Source: Akkermansia muciniphila
GTDB taxonomy: Bacteria; Verrucomicrobiota; Verrucomicrobiia; Limisphaerales; SIBE01
Direction of reading: 5' to 3'
DNA: 64,000 nt
Assembly (NCBI GenBank): GCA_945861765.1
Contig: CAMAWP010000002.1
Coordinates: 585-64,584, forward strand
Within the stretch, counting starts at the first letter, position 1, and each line of letters starts with the position of its first letter. The notes under the pieces were generated by a model. That model was not told where the DNA came from. It saw only the letters and a program-made list of their open reading frames with translations, and did no database searches. Positions 18,184 to 30,400 of this stretch are shown here, in pieces. The translations under genes were made by a program, and so were the position numbers.

Positions 18184-20328
18184 ATGTTGGATCGGCCAAA
18201 GCTGACTCTGCTTTTCATGATAGCCGTGGCAGTGACCACCCACGCGCAGTTGCCCGTTCCGCAGCTTAAGAGTATTTTCCCAGTTGGTGCCAAGCAGGGG
18301 ACGACCACGGACATCGAGCTTGGCGGCAGCAACCTCGATGAGACGACGAGGCTTTATTTTAGTGACCCTGGGATTTCCGCCCAATCCTTGCCCCAAGAAA
18401 AATCGAACATCAAGCGCTTTAGAGTTGTCGTTGATGGAGGCGTTCGGGTGGGTGACTACGATGTGCGCAGCATTGGCAAACTAGGCATCAGCAACCCCAG
18501 AACCTTTGTTGTCAGTGACTGTGATCAAACAACCGAGCGCGAGCCGAACAATCAAAACACCGAGGCCACACGCGTCGCCCTCAATGTCACCGTGAACGGA
18601 CGGATCAGCCCCGCGGAAGATGTGGACTGGTTTGTTTTCCCGGCCAAGCAAGGCCAGCGCGTTCTCATCGAGTGCCGTGCCTGGCGAATTGACTCAAGGC
18701 TCGATGGCTTTATGTGGCTGTACAACAGTCAAAATAAGCAACTTGCCGTGAGTCAAGACGAGGACATCCGCAACGAGAAACGCGATCCCATGATCGATTT
18801 CGATGTGCCCGCAGATGGTGACTATTATCTCAAGCTCACCGATTTCACTTACAACGGCAGTGACGAGTATTTTTATCGGCTGAGCATCACGACGCTGCCG
18901 TATATTGATTTTATTCTCCCCACAGCCGCGAAACCTGGGAGCGATTCGGCCATTAGTCTCTTCGGACGCAATTTGTCAGGCGAGAAAACGGGATTGATGG
19001 TTAACGGCCGACCGTTGGAGAAGCTGGTCCAACAGATCACGGTTCCTGAGAATCCCGATGTGCTGACCAGCCTCCGCATCCACGACCTGATCCGTCCTCC
19101 GGCATCACGCCTCGATGGAACGGAAATCAGCGTCAAGTGCGAGGCAGGCAGTTCGAACGACAAACTGCTCCTTTTCAGCCGTTCATTAGAAGTCGCTGAA
19201 CAGGAGCCCAACGATAAGACGAATCAAGCGCAGCGCCTCTCCATCCCGTGTTCTGTCACTGGACAATTCAGCCCGGCCAAAGATCTGGACTACTACGTGT
19301 TCAACGCAAAGAAGGATGAGAAGATCAGCATCGAGGTTTTGGCCGAGCGTATTGGTTCACCCGCTGACCCTGACATGGAAATCTTGAAAGCCGATGGGCA
19401 AGTCATCGCCAATCCGCAAGATGATGGAGATAACATTGGGCAGATTCGGTTCACGTCGAATTCACGAGATCTCGTCCACCGCTTCACCGCGCCGGCAGAC
19501 GGGAATTACACATTGCGGCTCGAACATCTCTTTCGACAAGTGCAAGGCGGGCCGCAATATGTTTATCGGCTCGAATTACGCCGTGATCCGACCCCGGATT
19601 TCCGGCTGGTTTGCCAGCCAGCCGACGAAATCAAAATCGATTCTCATGTCGTTTACCAAGGTGGCCGTCAGCGCTTGGATATTTTGGTTTGGCGTTTGTA
19701 CGGTCATGATGAACCGATATCTGTCGAAGCGTTCAACTTGCCAGTAGGTGTAACAGCCGAACCCATTGTTATCGGACGCGGTGTCAAATGGGGGACCTTG
19801 GTTGTCACGGCCAAAGCAGACGCTACCATCGGCGAAAACGAGTTGCAGATTGTCGGCACGAGCGAAGTGCGGAAAGAGAAATTGATCCGTAAAGCGCGTG
19901 GTGGCGTCATTGTCTGGGACACCGTGAATACTCCGGCTATCAGTCGTATGACCCGGAGCATAATGCTGGCGGTTCGTGAAAGCGCTCCCTTTGCCCTGAC
20001 TGCCCTTCCGGCCCAACTGACGGTCCAAAAAGGCGACCCAATCACTTTGACCGTTTCAGTCAAACGCAGGGAGGACATGTCGAACGCGATCCAACTCAAT
20101 GGCGCGGGTTATCAGCTTCCGCTCGGTATGGAGATTCCGCTGACGAATGTGGGCGTTGATCAAACCGAAGCGACCTTAGTTTTAAAAACCGACAAAATCC
20201 CGGCGGGCACCTTCAGTTTTTTGATCAACGGCGAGGGCCAAGTCCCGAGCACCAAAGACAAAAACATCCGCTGCGTCTATCCAAGCAACACCGTTACAGT
20301 CACCATTGAACCGAAGAATGCGAAATGA
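18184..20328 (+). CDS. secreted protein with two PPC-like domains (paralogue of 7986..11021)
   Basis: The tracked ORF 18022..20328 was trimmed to ATG 18184 (MLDRPKLTLLFMIAVAVTTHAQ-LPVPQL). This gives the same AQ-LPV junction as the paralogue. It has EREPNNQNTEATRV... and EQEPNDKTNQAQRL... segments. Confidence 0.75.
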   Translation: MLDRPKLTLLFMIAVAVTTHAQLPVPQLKSIFPVGAKQGTTTDIELGGSNLDETTRLYFSDPGISAQSLPQEKSNIKRFRVVVDGGVRVGDYDVRSIGKLGISNPRTFVVSDCDQTTEREPNNQNTEATRVALNVTVNGRISPAEDVDWFVFPAKQGQRVLIECRAWRIDSRLDGFMWLYNSQNKQLAVSQDEDIRNEKRDPMIDFDVPADGDYYLKLTDFTYNGSDEYFYRLSITTLPYIDFILPTAAKPGSDSAISLFGRNLSGEKTGLMVNGRPLEKLVQQITVPENPDVLTSLRIHDLIRPPASRLDGTEISVKCEAGSSNDKLLLFSRSLEVAEQEPNDKTNQAQRLSIPCSVTGQFSPAKDLDYYVFNAKKDEKISIEVLAERIGSPADPDMEILKADGQVIANPQDDGDNIGQIRFTSNSRDLVHRFTAPADGNYTLRLEHLFRQVQGGPQYVYRLELRRDPTPDFRLVCQPADEIKIDSHVVYQGGRQRLDILVWRLYGHDEPISVEAFNLPVGVTAEPIVIGRGVKWGTLVVTAKADATIGENELQIVGTSEVRKEKLIRKARGGVIVWDTVNTPAISRMTRSIMLAVRESAPFALTALPAQLTVQKGDPITLTVSVKRREDMSNAIQLNGAGYQLPLGMEIPLTNVGVDQTEATLVLKTDKIPAGTFSFLINGEGQVPSTKDKNIRCVYPSNTVTVTIEPKNAK

Positions 20329-20469
20329 ATGGTGATGCTGGAGAATGATGTCTCGCGACGGTAGCGACGGAAAAGCCCCGTCCAGACCACGTTCCCTTCG
20401 ACAAATTGCATCTCTTCGCTGCCTTCGCTTCCGTCGCGAGACTCTCCCTAATTTACTCCACGGTGCGGG

Positions 20470-21888
20470 TTAAGCCAGAACACTCATGACCGGGTCGCCC
20501 TCGGAAATCAGAACCGGTCGTTTGCCGACGCCATAGACTACCGTGTGAGGATCGATACCCAAGAGATAAAAAATAGTTGCTGCCAAGTCGTCGGGGCGAA
20601 CCGGATTGCCAACTGGGAAAGAAGCGGTCTTGTCTGACTCGCCAAAGACAAACCCTCGTTTGACTCCTCCCCCCGCCAGCAGAACTGTGTAACATTGCGG
20701 CCAATGATCTCGGCTTGCCGTGCTGTTGACTTTCGGCGTGCGGCCGAACTCGCCCATCCAGACCACCAACGTTGAATCCAGCAGACCGCGCTGATCCAGA
20801 TCCTCAAGCAAGGTGGGCAGCGTCTGGTCCGTGATCGGCAGATGATGCTTCTCGATGACAGGAAACATTCGCGTGCCGTCGTTGCCATGCGTATCCCAGC
20901 CGCCAGTTGCACCTCCAATCGAGCTCGAAAAATTGACCGTGACAAATTTCGTTCCCGCCTCGACAAGACGGCGAGCCAGGAGGCAGCCTTGTCCGTAGGC
21001 CGTGCGGCCATAACGATCCCGCTCCTTTTCCGATTCGGCCGACAGATTAAAAGCTTCGCGCAGCTTGGGCGAATCAAGCATCGCCATAGCTTTGTCATAG
21101 TAGGCATCGAGGCCGCGGGCTGAGGGGGAATAGGTGAGAAGTCGCGATTGGCCGTCGATCATTTTTTGAATTTCACGCCGATGCATGAGCCGTTCGTAGG
21201 AGAGATTGGCCGGCAGGCTCAGTTCAGGAAGCTTGAAGTCCGGCTTGTTCGGGTTTTGAGTGATCAACAATGGATCATGAAGTTTCCCTAAGAAGCTGGC
21301 CTGTTGTCCGGGAGTGATTGTTCCATCGCCAATCACATAAGGCAGGGAGACGAACGTTGGCATTTTTCCGTCTCCTGGAGCCAATTGGTCCACGACGGAA
21401 CCGTAGGCTGGAAACAGCTCAGGCGAATCGCGGAGCGTGATATCATCGACCGGCGGCGCATGTCCCGTCAGAGCGTAATACGAGGCCGGGTTATGATTCT
21501 TCATGTTGTGATGCATGCTGCGAATCAAGGTGACCTTGTCCATTACCTTGGCCAGACGCGGGAGATGCTCGTTAACCGTGATGCCCGGCACGTTGCTCGA
21601 TATCGGCTTGTGCAGCCCGCGAATTCCTTCGGGCGCGTCCGGTTTCATGTCGAACATATCGATGTGGCTGGGACCGCCGAATTGGTAGAGGAAAATCACG
21701 GACTTAGCTCTGGCCGCAGGTCCTTTCTTTAAGGCCTCAGCTTGCAGAAGGCTTGGCATGGTCAGGCCTAACAATCCGAGGCCGCCGACTTTCAAGAGGT
21801 GCCGTCGAGAAAAACGTAGTTGGTCTAATCCGCGACCGGCGTCAGAATGGGTCGTTGGCTTCATACAGCGTTGGGTTTGGTCGTTCAT
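20470..21888 (-). CDS. DUF1501-family protein with Tat-type signal
   Basis: The tracked ORF 20470..21993 was trimmed to ATG 21888, which forms an ATGA overlap with the stop of the upstream DUF1553 gene. Motifs: SRRHLLKVGGLGLLGLTMP, FGGPSHIDMFD, GGWDTHGN, MGEFGRTPKVNSTASRDHWP. Confidence 0.88.
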   Translation of the reverse strand: MNDQTQRCMKPTTHSDAGRGLDQLRFSRRHLLKVGGLGLLGLTMPSLLQAEALKKGPAARAKSVIFLYQFGGPSHIDMFDMKPDAPEGIRGLHKPISSNVPGITVNEHLPRLAKVMDKVTLIRSMHHNMKNHNPASYYALTGHAPPVDDITLRDSPELFPAYGSVVDQLAPGDGKMPTFVSLPYVIGDGTITPGQQASFLGKLHDPLLITQNPNKPDFKLPELSLPANLSYERLMHRREIQKMIDGQSRLLTYSPSARGLDAYYDKAMAMLDSPKLREAFNLSAESEKERDRYGRTAYGQGCLLARRLVEAGTKFVTVNFSSSIGGATGGWDTHGNDGTRMFPVIEKHHLPITDQTLPTLLEDLDQRGLLDSTLVVWMGEFGRTPKVNSTASRDHWPQCYTVLLAGGGVKRGFVFGESDKTASFPVGNPVRPDDLAATIFYLLGIDPHTVVYGVGKRPVLISEGDPVMSVLA

Positions 21889-24392
21889 TTTCGAAACACG
21901 AAATCTTTGGAATTCAAGAGGCCCCACAAAATGTCCTCCAGTTCCGCGCGTCGATCCTTGGATGCTTCGAGGTAAGCCGTGGTTTTGCTCCACTCTTCAT
22001 CGCCTGGAGCCGCTGTGAGAGCAGTCCGAAAAAGTTCATCGACGATCTCTCGGTTCGATTTTCCGGAAGCCAGCAGCCGAGCGAGCCGGTTATCCTTGTC
22101 GGCAACCAAATCATTGACAGCCGGGCCGCTGATCAGTTGGAAAGCCTGGCTCATGTTGCACTCGCAGGAACGCTCCGTTTCAGAAGTGAGCAGCCGGGGT
22201 GGTTTGCCGAAGATCTCAAGGAATTGATCCAACTGGTTGGATCGTCTTTGACCTTTGGCCTCGGGGCGCACTCCAGGTAGCTGGGCCGCCCTCAGACCTG
22301 GTGGATACGCGCCAAACTTCAGGGGAACACCGGTCACTTGGCTCTGGCAATCGAGCATTTGCTCGGCACCTAATCGTCTCACCAATACGTGTGAGAAATT
22401 TGATTCGTCGCTGCTGTTGGTTTCGTTCGGCTCCGATGATAACTGGTAAGCTCGCGAGTTCATGATCAGGCGAATCACGTAGCGAAGGTCAAATTGATGC
22501 TTCACGAAATCTTTTGCCAAAGCATCCAACAAGCCAGAATGAGAAGCCGGGTTAGTCGCTCGAAAATCGTCGATTGGCTCGACCATCCCGCGCCCCATCA
22601 GGTGGTACCAGATCCGGTTAGCCTGCGTGCGGGCGAACAGCGGGTTGTCCGGGCTCGTGAGCCACGTGGCTAATTGTTGCAACTCGTCTGGGTTGTTTTC
22701 GAGATTCGCATTTCGAGATTCGTTGTTGGATACGGACGTTGCCGCTCCGAGAAAACGGGGTTGAGCTGGCTTGCCGGTGCGCGGGTTTGGAACCGCGCCC
22801 TTGCGCGAGATGAAGACAATTTGCTCCCCTTTCCATTCATGTTGGTCGCTGCCGATATCGCGTTTGTTTTCCAGGACCTTGTAATCGACTCGCGCGAAAA
22901 CGCCTGCCCAATCGTAGTAATCGTCCTGCGTCCAGCGGTCGAATGGATGGTTGTGGCATTCGGCGCATTGCAAACGAACGCCGAGAAATACCTGGGCCGC
23001 TGCTTTGGCCCGCGTCGCCGGATCGCGGTTTGGACGATAAAAATTCGCCGCTGGATTAAGATAAGTGCTCCCACGAGCTGTGATCAAATCGCGAACAAAT
23101 TGGTCCATCGGTTTATTCTCAGCGATGTTCTTGCGAATCCAGTGATGGAAATTATGCACTCCCTTTTGATCCAACGAATGCGCTTCATTGCGCAGCAGAT
23201 CGGACCACTTCAATGCCCAGAAATCCGCAAACTCAGGTCGTGTTAGCAACTGTTCAATGAGCTGCGCCCGTTTCGCCAGCGTTTCGCTTTCTGTAGCCGC
23301 GGACGCAAGCTGGCTTTGATCAATTTCGGATTTGGACAGCACAGCCTCCTCACGCCGGCTGTTACCGGGAGACTCGCTCACAAATGCGCGGGCTTCGTCG
23401 GCTGTCGGCAAGATGCCCAAAAGATCAAGATACGCCCGCCGCAAGAACACTTCATCAGAACACAACGCAGAGGGGTTCATCCGAAGTATTCGAAGCTTTG
23501 AAAAAATGTGATCGTCAATGTAGTTGTGAGTCGGCGGGTTTGCCCATTTGAACCCGGGGCGAGCCGGGACAAACGCTATCCGCACCGGTTCCTGGCATTG
23601 CAGATACCGAACGAGCACCGTCGTCTCCCCCGGTCCTTCGCGTTGCGCGATTCCGTCCTGGCCAACCTTGGTCAACCCGTTGGATGTTTCGTAAACGGCC
23701 AACCCCGTCACGTCTCGACGCGTGCCGTCGGAAAAGATAGCCCCCACGCGTAGTTGGACCCGATCTTCCGGTTCGATCAGAACCTTGTCCGATGGCGTGA
23801 CTTCGATCCTCTCCAGCTTGGCGACGGAGGCGAAATCGTCCCGCAGTCCCTCGGCGATCCAGCGGCGGAGAATTTCATATTGCTCCGAGCCCTTCCGGAA
23901 GCGCAGGCCGCCCTCGTGAGCAATGTCAGTCGTCGGCTTCAACAGAAGCAAGCTCTGGTCAGCCTCGATAGGGTTCGTGCGGCGACCATACAAATCGCGT
24001 GTCACCGTGAGGAGGTCAATATCCGGATCTTGTCCGCGCAAGGAGAGTTTGAACCCGCCCTTTCCGTTCTTATTGCCGTGGCAAGTCCCGGCGTTGCATC
24101 CGGCTTTCGAGAACACCGCCATCACATCGTTCCGGAAGGAAACCTCACCTGCCCGCGCAGTGATCCATGGCAATAATTCCATGAAGCACAAGAGGAACAC
24201 CGACCAATTCAGGCGGTAGATTGGAAATAGCTGAAAACGATAGCCTGTTGGCACTTGGGAGAATCCTTTCTTCAAGTGGTCGCTTGGCCGGGTTCCGAGG
24301 ATTTGCTGAATACTCGATATGACAAGCATCGTTCCACTTCGAACACGTCGTTGAAAACGCGAAGCTCCAGCCAATTCTGTGCGAAGCGCCAT
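21885..24392 (-). CDS. DUF1549/DUF1553 (PSCyt/PSD-type) protein
   Basis: 835-aa ORF; the internal ATG at 24329 is an alternative start. Motifs: GCNAGTCHGNKNGKGGFKLSLRG, LRRAYLDLLGILPTADE, QCAECHNHPFDRW, RSCECN. It lacks the first Ig-like segment of the + strand copies. Confidence 0.88.
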   Translation of the reverse strand: MALRTELAGASRFQRRVRSGTMLVISSIQQILGTRPSDHLKKGFSQVPTGYRFQLFPIYRLNWSVFLLCFMELLPWITARAGEVSFRNDVMAVFSKAGCNAGTCHGNKNGKGGFKLSLRGQDPDIDLLTVTRDLYGRRTNPIEADQSLLLLKPTTDIAHEGGLRFRKGSEQYEILRRWIAEGLRDDFASVAKLERIEVTPSDKVLIEPEDRVQLRVGAIFSDGTRRDVTGLAVYETSNGLTKVGQDGIAQREGPGETTVLVRYLQCQEPVRIAFVPARPGFKWANPPTHNYIDDHIFSKLRILRMNPSALCSDEVFLRRAYLDLLGILPTADEARAFVSESPGNSRREEAVLSKSEIDQSQLASAATESETLAKRAQLIEQLLTRPEFADFWALKWSDLLRNEAHSLDQKGVHNFHHWIRKNIAENKPMDQFVRDLITARGSTYLNPAANFYRPNRDPATRAKAAAQVFLGVRLQCAECHNHPFDRWTQDDYYDWAGVFARVDYKVLENKRDIGSDQHEWKGEQIVFISRKGAVPNPRTGKPAQPRFLGAATSVSNNESRNANLENNPDELQQLATWLTSPDNPLFARTQANRIWYHLMGRGMVEPIDDFRATNPASHSGLLDALAKDFVKHQFDLRYVIRLIMNSRAYQLSSEPNETNSSDESNFSHVLVRRLGAEQMLDCQSQVTGVPLKFGAYPPGLRAAQLPGVRPEAKGQRRSNQLDQFLEIFGKPPRLLTSETERSCECNMSQAFQLISGPAVNDLVADKDNRLARLLASGKSNREIVDELFRTALTAAPGDEEWSKTTAYLEASKDRRAELEDILWGLLNSKDFVFRK

Positions 24393-24468
24393 GGTGATTT
24401 GGATTATTACCCGTTACCTCCTCCTTTTACAAGCGGCTGTAGAGACGAAATCTTTGGGTGATCCGCGG

Positions 24469-27400
24469 TTAAGCTGCGCTTGCTCCGTTGCGTCGGAACG
24501 ATCGGGTCATTGCGCTGAACAAAGTCAGCACCAATAACGTCGCCGCCAAGATCAGCAGTCGTGTCCGCCACGACGCAGCTTGCGTGGCTGTGGCCTCAAT
24601 TCCGATCTTCAGATCAGCCCAAGGATCCACTGCAACGGCGCGCTTGAAGGTGAGGAGGTGACCTTGTTCTGGAATCGAAGCGCGAATGGCGGTGGGACTG
24701 CTCACGGCGGCGTCTTGCTGTTGAATGAGTCGTTCGGCCAAGCGCATGTAAGCGGCGTTCTCGTCGGCGGTATTCCTGTCGATTATCGCTTTGGCGTCTG
24801 GCTGTGTGTAGTTGAGATCCTTGCCGCTCCGCAGATCGCGGAAGTTGCCGCCCAGCACCGCGGAATCTCCAGCCGCGGTAGCCTGGCGCACGTTCAAGCC
24901 GACCAGTGCTTGCTGCAATTTAAGATTGTGCAGTTGCACTCGAGCATCTTCGTTGAACGCATTGTCATGCTGGCTCAGTCCGTAGGCGGCTTGGAAGGCG
25001 CGGCGGGCCTGTTGCTGCTCGCCCTGCTGCAACTTGGTGTTGCCGAGCGACAGCATTTGCTCGGCTTCCTCAGTTTTCTGTTTTTGCAGGCTGGTTTCGT
25101 TCCGTAGATAGGTCTCGACATCAACAACCGCTGAGCGCACTCCGGGTTGTTCCTCTTGCAGTTGGAGCGACCCCTTCCAATGCTTGAGGTGCCATTTCTC
25201 GTTGAGATAGACATGCCAGGTAATGTCTTCCAACGGCAGATCAAATTTCGGCGCGACAAGAGCCAAGTTGAGCGTGCGCGTGTTCGCCGCGCCAATCTTG
25301 CTGCTGTAAAAAATCTCCACGGGCATGGCCTGGCCCGCGCGCGAATGTTGTTCGAGTGGAATCAAAAAGTGTTCTTGCTCGCGCCATGGCCAAGCTCCGT
25401 TTTGGTTTACAAAGGCGAACCAGAAGCGCGCGTCGGCCGGAAGCGTGAGGTGGAGGAGACGCTTGTCGCCGGGCAGCATCTCGAGGCGCGCGTGCGTGAG
25501 CATCACGCCATCATCGGAAATCACTGAGGTGAGCGTAATGTTGTTCACGCGCGCGGGCAGGAGTTTGGCCGCGTCGTGGCGGTCAATCTTCAAGGGAAGT
25601 TGGAAGGCCGGTTCAACCAGCCGATACGCGAAGCTTGCCGAGGCCGCTGGCAAATCCTGCTGGAGCGCGCGCGGGATGCTTTGCCATTCGGTGGGTTGAA
25701 GGGCGGCTGGCGTCGAATCAACGCGCACTTGCAGACGTCCGCCCGACTGCACAGTGACAAAACCGCGCTGAAGGTTCACATCCGCAGCTTGCACCCCATT
25801 GAGGATAACCTCCGTGGCCTGCCCTGGAATCAGCGTCTGGTAAGTCACCTGCAACAGGTATCGGCCAATCACGCGCCGGTGCAATTTCACTTCCCACGCT
25901 TGCAAACCGTTGGTCACAACGCCTGCGATCGGCAGGAAATCGGAGATTTGCTCACCGTGGAATCGCGCGCTCTCGGCATTGGTCGGAATGAAGACGCGGA
26001 ATGCTTTGATGCCGGTGTTCTCGATCTGGTATTGGAGATTCGCGGTGATCTTCATCTGCGCTTCGTTGACGATCGCGTGCTGCAAGCTCGTCACTTGAAT
26101 CCAGGGCTCCACTTGCTCGATGTCAAGCGCGAGGGACCACGGAACTTGCAGAACGCGGAACGCCAGCACTCCTTTTTGCCGAATGCCCGATTTCTGAGGA
26201 TCCAGTTGCGTCACGCCGTCGCGTGTGGCGACCTGCAAACGCGTCCCTTGCTCCGGCACAATCACGAGCGTTCCCCGCTGCTTGCTGGCTTCGCGCAGGA
26301 GCAGTTGCGGCACGGCCCAAGCGTTGGTCGCCTTGGCACCTGGCCCGGCCAGGCTGATGGCGAACTGTTGTTTGCCCTCGGTCTTGCCGCGCAAATGCAA
26401 CGTGATGATGCGGCCCGCCTCGGTCCTCAACTCGGTCCAATGGCTTAGCGCTGGCCCACTGACAGATTCCACGTCCAGCCCGTTTGGCAACGCAAAGCTT
26501 AGTCGAAAAATGCCCGCGCGCGTGATGTCCACGGTCGCGTTCACCGCCAGCACCGTTCGGTCTTCACCGAGTGAAAGCGTGTCCTGGGTCTCGACGCGGA
26601 CATCGGCTTCGACAGCGGAGGCCTTCAATGATGCCACGGCTTTGATGTCTCCGTAACGAAAGGCGCGTCGCACGGTGAGCCCCGGGATCTGTGCTTGCAG
26701 GGTTGGCGCGATTCCGGCCGGGAAATCTTCGAGGTTAATTGACGAGAAGGCATCGGCGCTCACGGTATCGAGCTGCACCTCACTTCCCGTAGCCACGCCG
26801 AGAAGTCCGATTTGCGCCGCCGCATTTTCCACGGCTAACAGGCCAACGGATTGCTCGAAGGGCAGCGGTCCTGTCGCAATTTGTGATCGAATGAGCAGAG
26901 CAAACTGCCGCGATTGCGCCGGGTTGAAGCTCACGCGCAGCTTCCGAGTGTCTGGGTCGAAACGCCACAGCGACACGAGGGAAGACTTCGGAGCCAGAGG
27001 TTGAATTGTGACGGGATCGACTGCATTCACATCAGTGATGGTCGTACCGCTGGGCGCCTCGAACAGTAGCTCTTTCAGTTCGCCTTGAGCTGGCCGGATA
27101 GTCACGTAGTGCGTCCCTTCAATGACCCCCGCCGAGGGTGCGTAGAGCTGGAATGCCTCTGCATAAAAGACTGGCTTCTCGCGTTGAACGTCCCTGCTGC
27201 GCGGTCTCCATGCAATCCACGAATCAATCACAGGTGAGAGAGTCAGCTTTGCCACGCTGTTGCTGCCAACAGCGTCACGCTGGATTGAAACGGCCTGCGG
27301 CGAGAGCACGTCCACGTCAAGGTTCACGAGCGTTAGAATAAGCTGATTCACCAGCCCGTATTGTGTCGGAAGGACGAAACCACTCTCAGTGACACCTTTC

Positions 27401-30400
27401 GTGGTATGCACTTGGTACTGCATCTCGATGTCGAATGCGCCGCTCTCCACGGCGAGCAATTGCTGCGCGCGTTTCGAACCCGCTGGTGCCTGCACGAGCT
27501 TGAGCGCGTTGGTCGGGTGCGTGATGCGTGTCAGCACCGCTGGCTCGAACAGCAGCGGCAGCATCTCGCCCTTGAGCGCCTGCCAGCGGATTTTGGCCGT
27601 TCCGAACGCAAACTTTTCTTCGACCCGTATCTGCTGTGTGATGGATTCAGCCAGCGGCGGCTCTTTTGGGAATGGCGCAGGCTGGGGACGTCGCGCTTCA
27701 TCAGCTTGCGCTCCGGTGGCCTTTGTTGAACTGGCCGCATCATTCTCCTTTGAAGTCTCTGGTAAGGCAGCTTGAATATCTGCGCTCATTGCGATCGCTT
27801 GATTGGCCATTGGCAGCCACATCAGCCCGCCTAACACCAATGACGCCACCGACATTGCTGCGCCGCCTTCCGGCGCGGATGGCGAAGTGGGCTTCGGCTT
27901 TCTCGGCAATCGCGCGAGCTGGCGCAATGCGGGAATCAGGACGTGCAACAAAAGGAACGCTACGACAACAACAAGAAATCCCTTGGCTCCGTTCGGCCAA
28001 CGAAGCGCCGCCCAGGCAGCCAGCGTCCAGCCGATCACTCTGAACCAGTGCCTCTCCGTCAGCCACCCATACGCCCACATCGCGAGAGCAGCCAACGCAG
28101 GCCAGGCGAATCCGACAACGCTGACCACCGACATTTCGTCTTCGACGTTCAACATCTCCACATTTAACGCGCTGTCGGCTTGTTGCACCGGAGCAAGAAA
28201 CGTCACAGCGCGCGGCGCAATCTGGTATTGTTGTTGCGCCAGGTCCGCCAGGTTTGCCATCACTGCGATGGCCATCCCGAACGAGATCACGCCTAGCACA
28301 GTCCCCGAAATATAGCGGGCATCAAACTTGTAAACGCCCTCTTGACTCGTCCACCTCCACACCCGAATGGCTATTGCCAGCAACGCCATCACGGCAATCA
28401 GGCAGACCGTCACCGGCCCCGCCTCCTCACCGTGGAACATTCGCGCTAACTGCGTGAAGCCCGAAACGTCCGCCTCGCCGCCGACCGGTGTGAGCGACCC
28501 TTTTCTATAGATCAATCGCTGGCCCGTTTCCGGTTCTAGTTTCCATTCGGCGAGCATCACAGGGGCAGCCACAACGGGAGCGGCGACGGTCACGTGCTTC
28601 GGATTCTTTGATCGCGCGGCCAGTTTCAGATCGAGCATCAACACGGCGTTCGGGTCCGCCCGTTGCGGCAGCGGGATGAGGTTTGCGCTGCCATCTGTCA
28701 CCGGTACGACCGCGGCGCTGTTGATCGTCGCCGACCATAGCTCTGTTCCCGGAGGCAGCGTGAGCCGGAAGTGCGGGTTGCCACGGTTCTTGATGAAGTA
28801 GCGCACGTCCGTGAGCACTTGGCCTTCCTTCGAAATCCTCGTGGTCAGCGAGGCGCGATCCACCACTTGGCTGAGCGAATCACCTTGCGCGAGCCGACTC
28901 AAAGCGAGTCTTAGGTTGAACGGCCGCGACGTGTAACGGTAAGCCGCGAGGATTGGCGCGTCGAAAAACAGGCGGTACTCCGGCGGCACCTCGCCGGTTT
29001 CGAGCGGTAGCAGTCCGGCTGACACATCCACTGGCTTGACCTGAAACTGGTACGCGCTGATGACGAGCGTGTGCCCCTGCTCAGATTGCGCGTCGATCGG
29101 ACGCGCTCCAGTGAACACGAGAGTCTCGCCCTGCGTCTTGAATGGCCGTTCGTAGGTCGCGAGCAACGTGTAGGCGCCCGACACCGGCGTGTGCAACTGC
29201 ACCACGTAACCGTTCGTGGCCTTCTGCCAATTGCGAATGTCCTTGCCCGAGAATTCGACGTTGAAATATTCGTCGGACAATTCGAGTTTGAAGGCCGACA
29301 CCGGCGCTCCGGAAACAAGATAGTTTACCACGCTGCTTCCGTAGGCGATGCCTTCGCCGATCGAGAACAAATGGAATCCGTCCGCTTGGATGGACTGCGG
29401 CACACGTTCGACTCGCACTGTTGCTTCCCACGCCGGTTCACTCAGTCGGAAGGCCGATTGAATCCCCACGAGCTTGCGCGGGAAAAATGCGGTGGCGATC
29501 TCCGTCAATGCCTGGGTACGTTCCGGCGTCAGGCGAAAACCGGCGTCCGCCGAAACACCCACGTGACCGCGCACGGACTTCGCTTTGTCCACCTCGATCC
29601 GAGGCAAGACCCAGCTTGGGCCGCCGAGGGTGGCATTGCGCTCCAGACGAAGCTGGACGACCTGTCGGCCCGCCATTGGCTGACCGTAAACCAGCCGCAG
29701 CTCAGCGTCGGCCCTGTCCGCAGCTTCACGCAGGAAGTAGTCGCTGAGGCCGGACGCGTTGAGCTTCGCTACCGCGTAGCCCTTGGGAACGCGAAGAACA
29801 AGTTCTCGCAACGGGGCTTCGCGGATATCGAGCTCGATTTCCCCATCAATCGCCAGCTCGTTCTCGCCAAGATGATACGCGAGCACCTGCGACACGGTCA
29901 GCTCGGGAAGAATTTGATCCGCCTGAATCCTGAGTGCAACGTCAGCCCCGGAAAATCGGTAGGCAAACCGCTGTCCGCCAGCGACGCGGAAAAGCGCCTT
30001 GGTAATGTCGCTCTCGGGAAATTGTTCGGGAGAGATCTGCGAGAGTCCGCTCGCCAGCACGACTTCGAGTCGCACGGCTCCGTCATTCACGATTCGGAAA
30101 TAGCCGGCGAACCGTGTGGCGCCTTCGGGCCGCAGTTGCATCGCATTCGCTGTTTGCGGGAAAGCGCCCAGCGGCGTCTGCATCTGTGCCTGGAGCGCGA
30201 ATTGGTCCTTTTGCGGTTGATTAAAATGGACGATGAGACGGCGGTCGGTGGAGTTAGGAACCGGCTCGACATTCCAGGCCAACACCTGGTCTCCTTGCAC
30301 GCGGGTGACTTCACCGGCGCCGCTCAGCAGCAGCACGACGCGGTTCAGCTCGCCTTGCATGACTTTGAAATTCATCAAGGCCACCTGCCGCATGAGGCCA

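Noticed and set aside
24417-24426. Strong Shine-Dalgarno-like AAGGAGGAGG (minus strand) upstream of the third DUF1553 gene
   Set aside because: It lies 24 nt from ATG 24392, and the ORF track shows no in-frame ATG/GTG/TTG start closer to it. The spacing is too long for a functional SD for this start. It is possibly coincidental.
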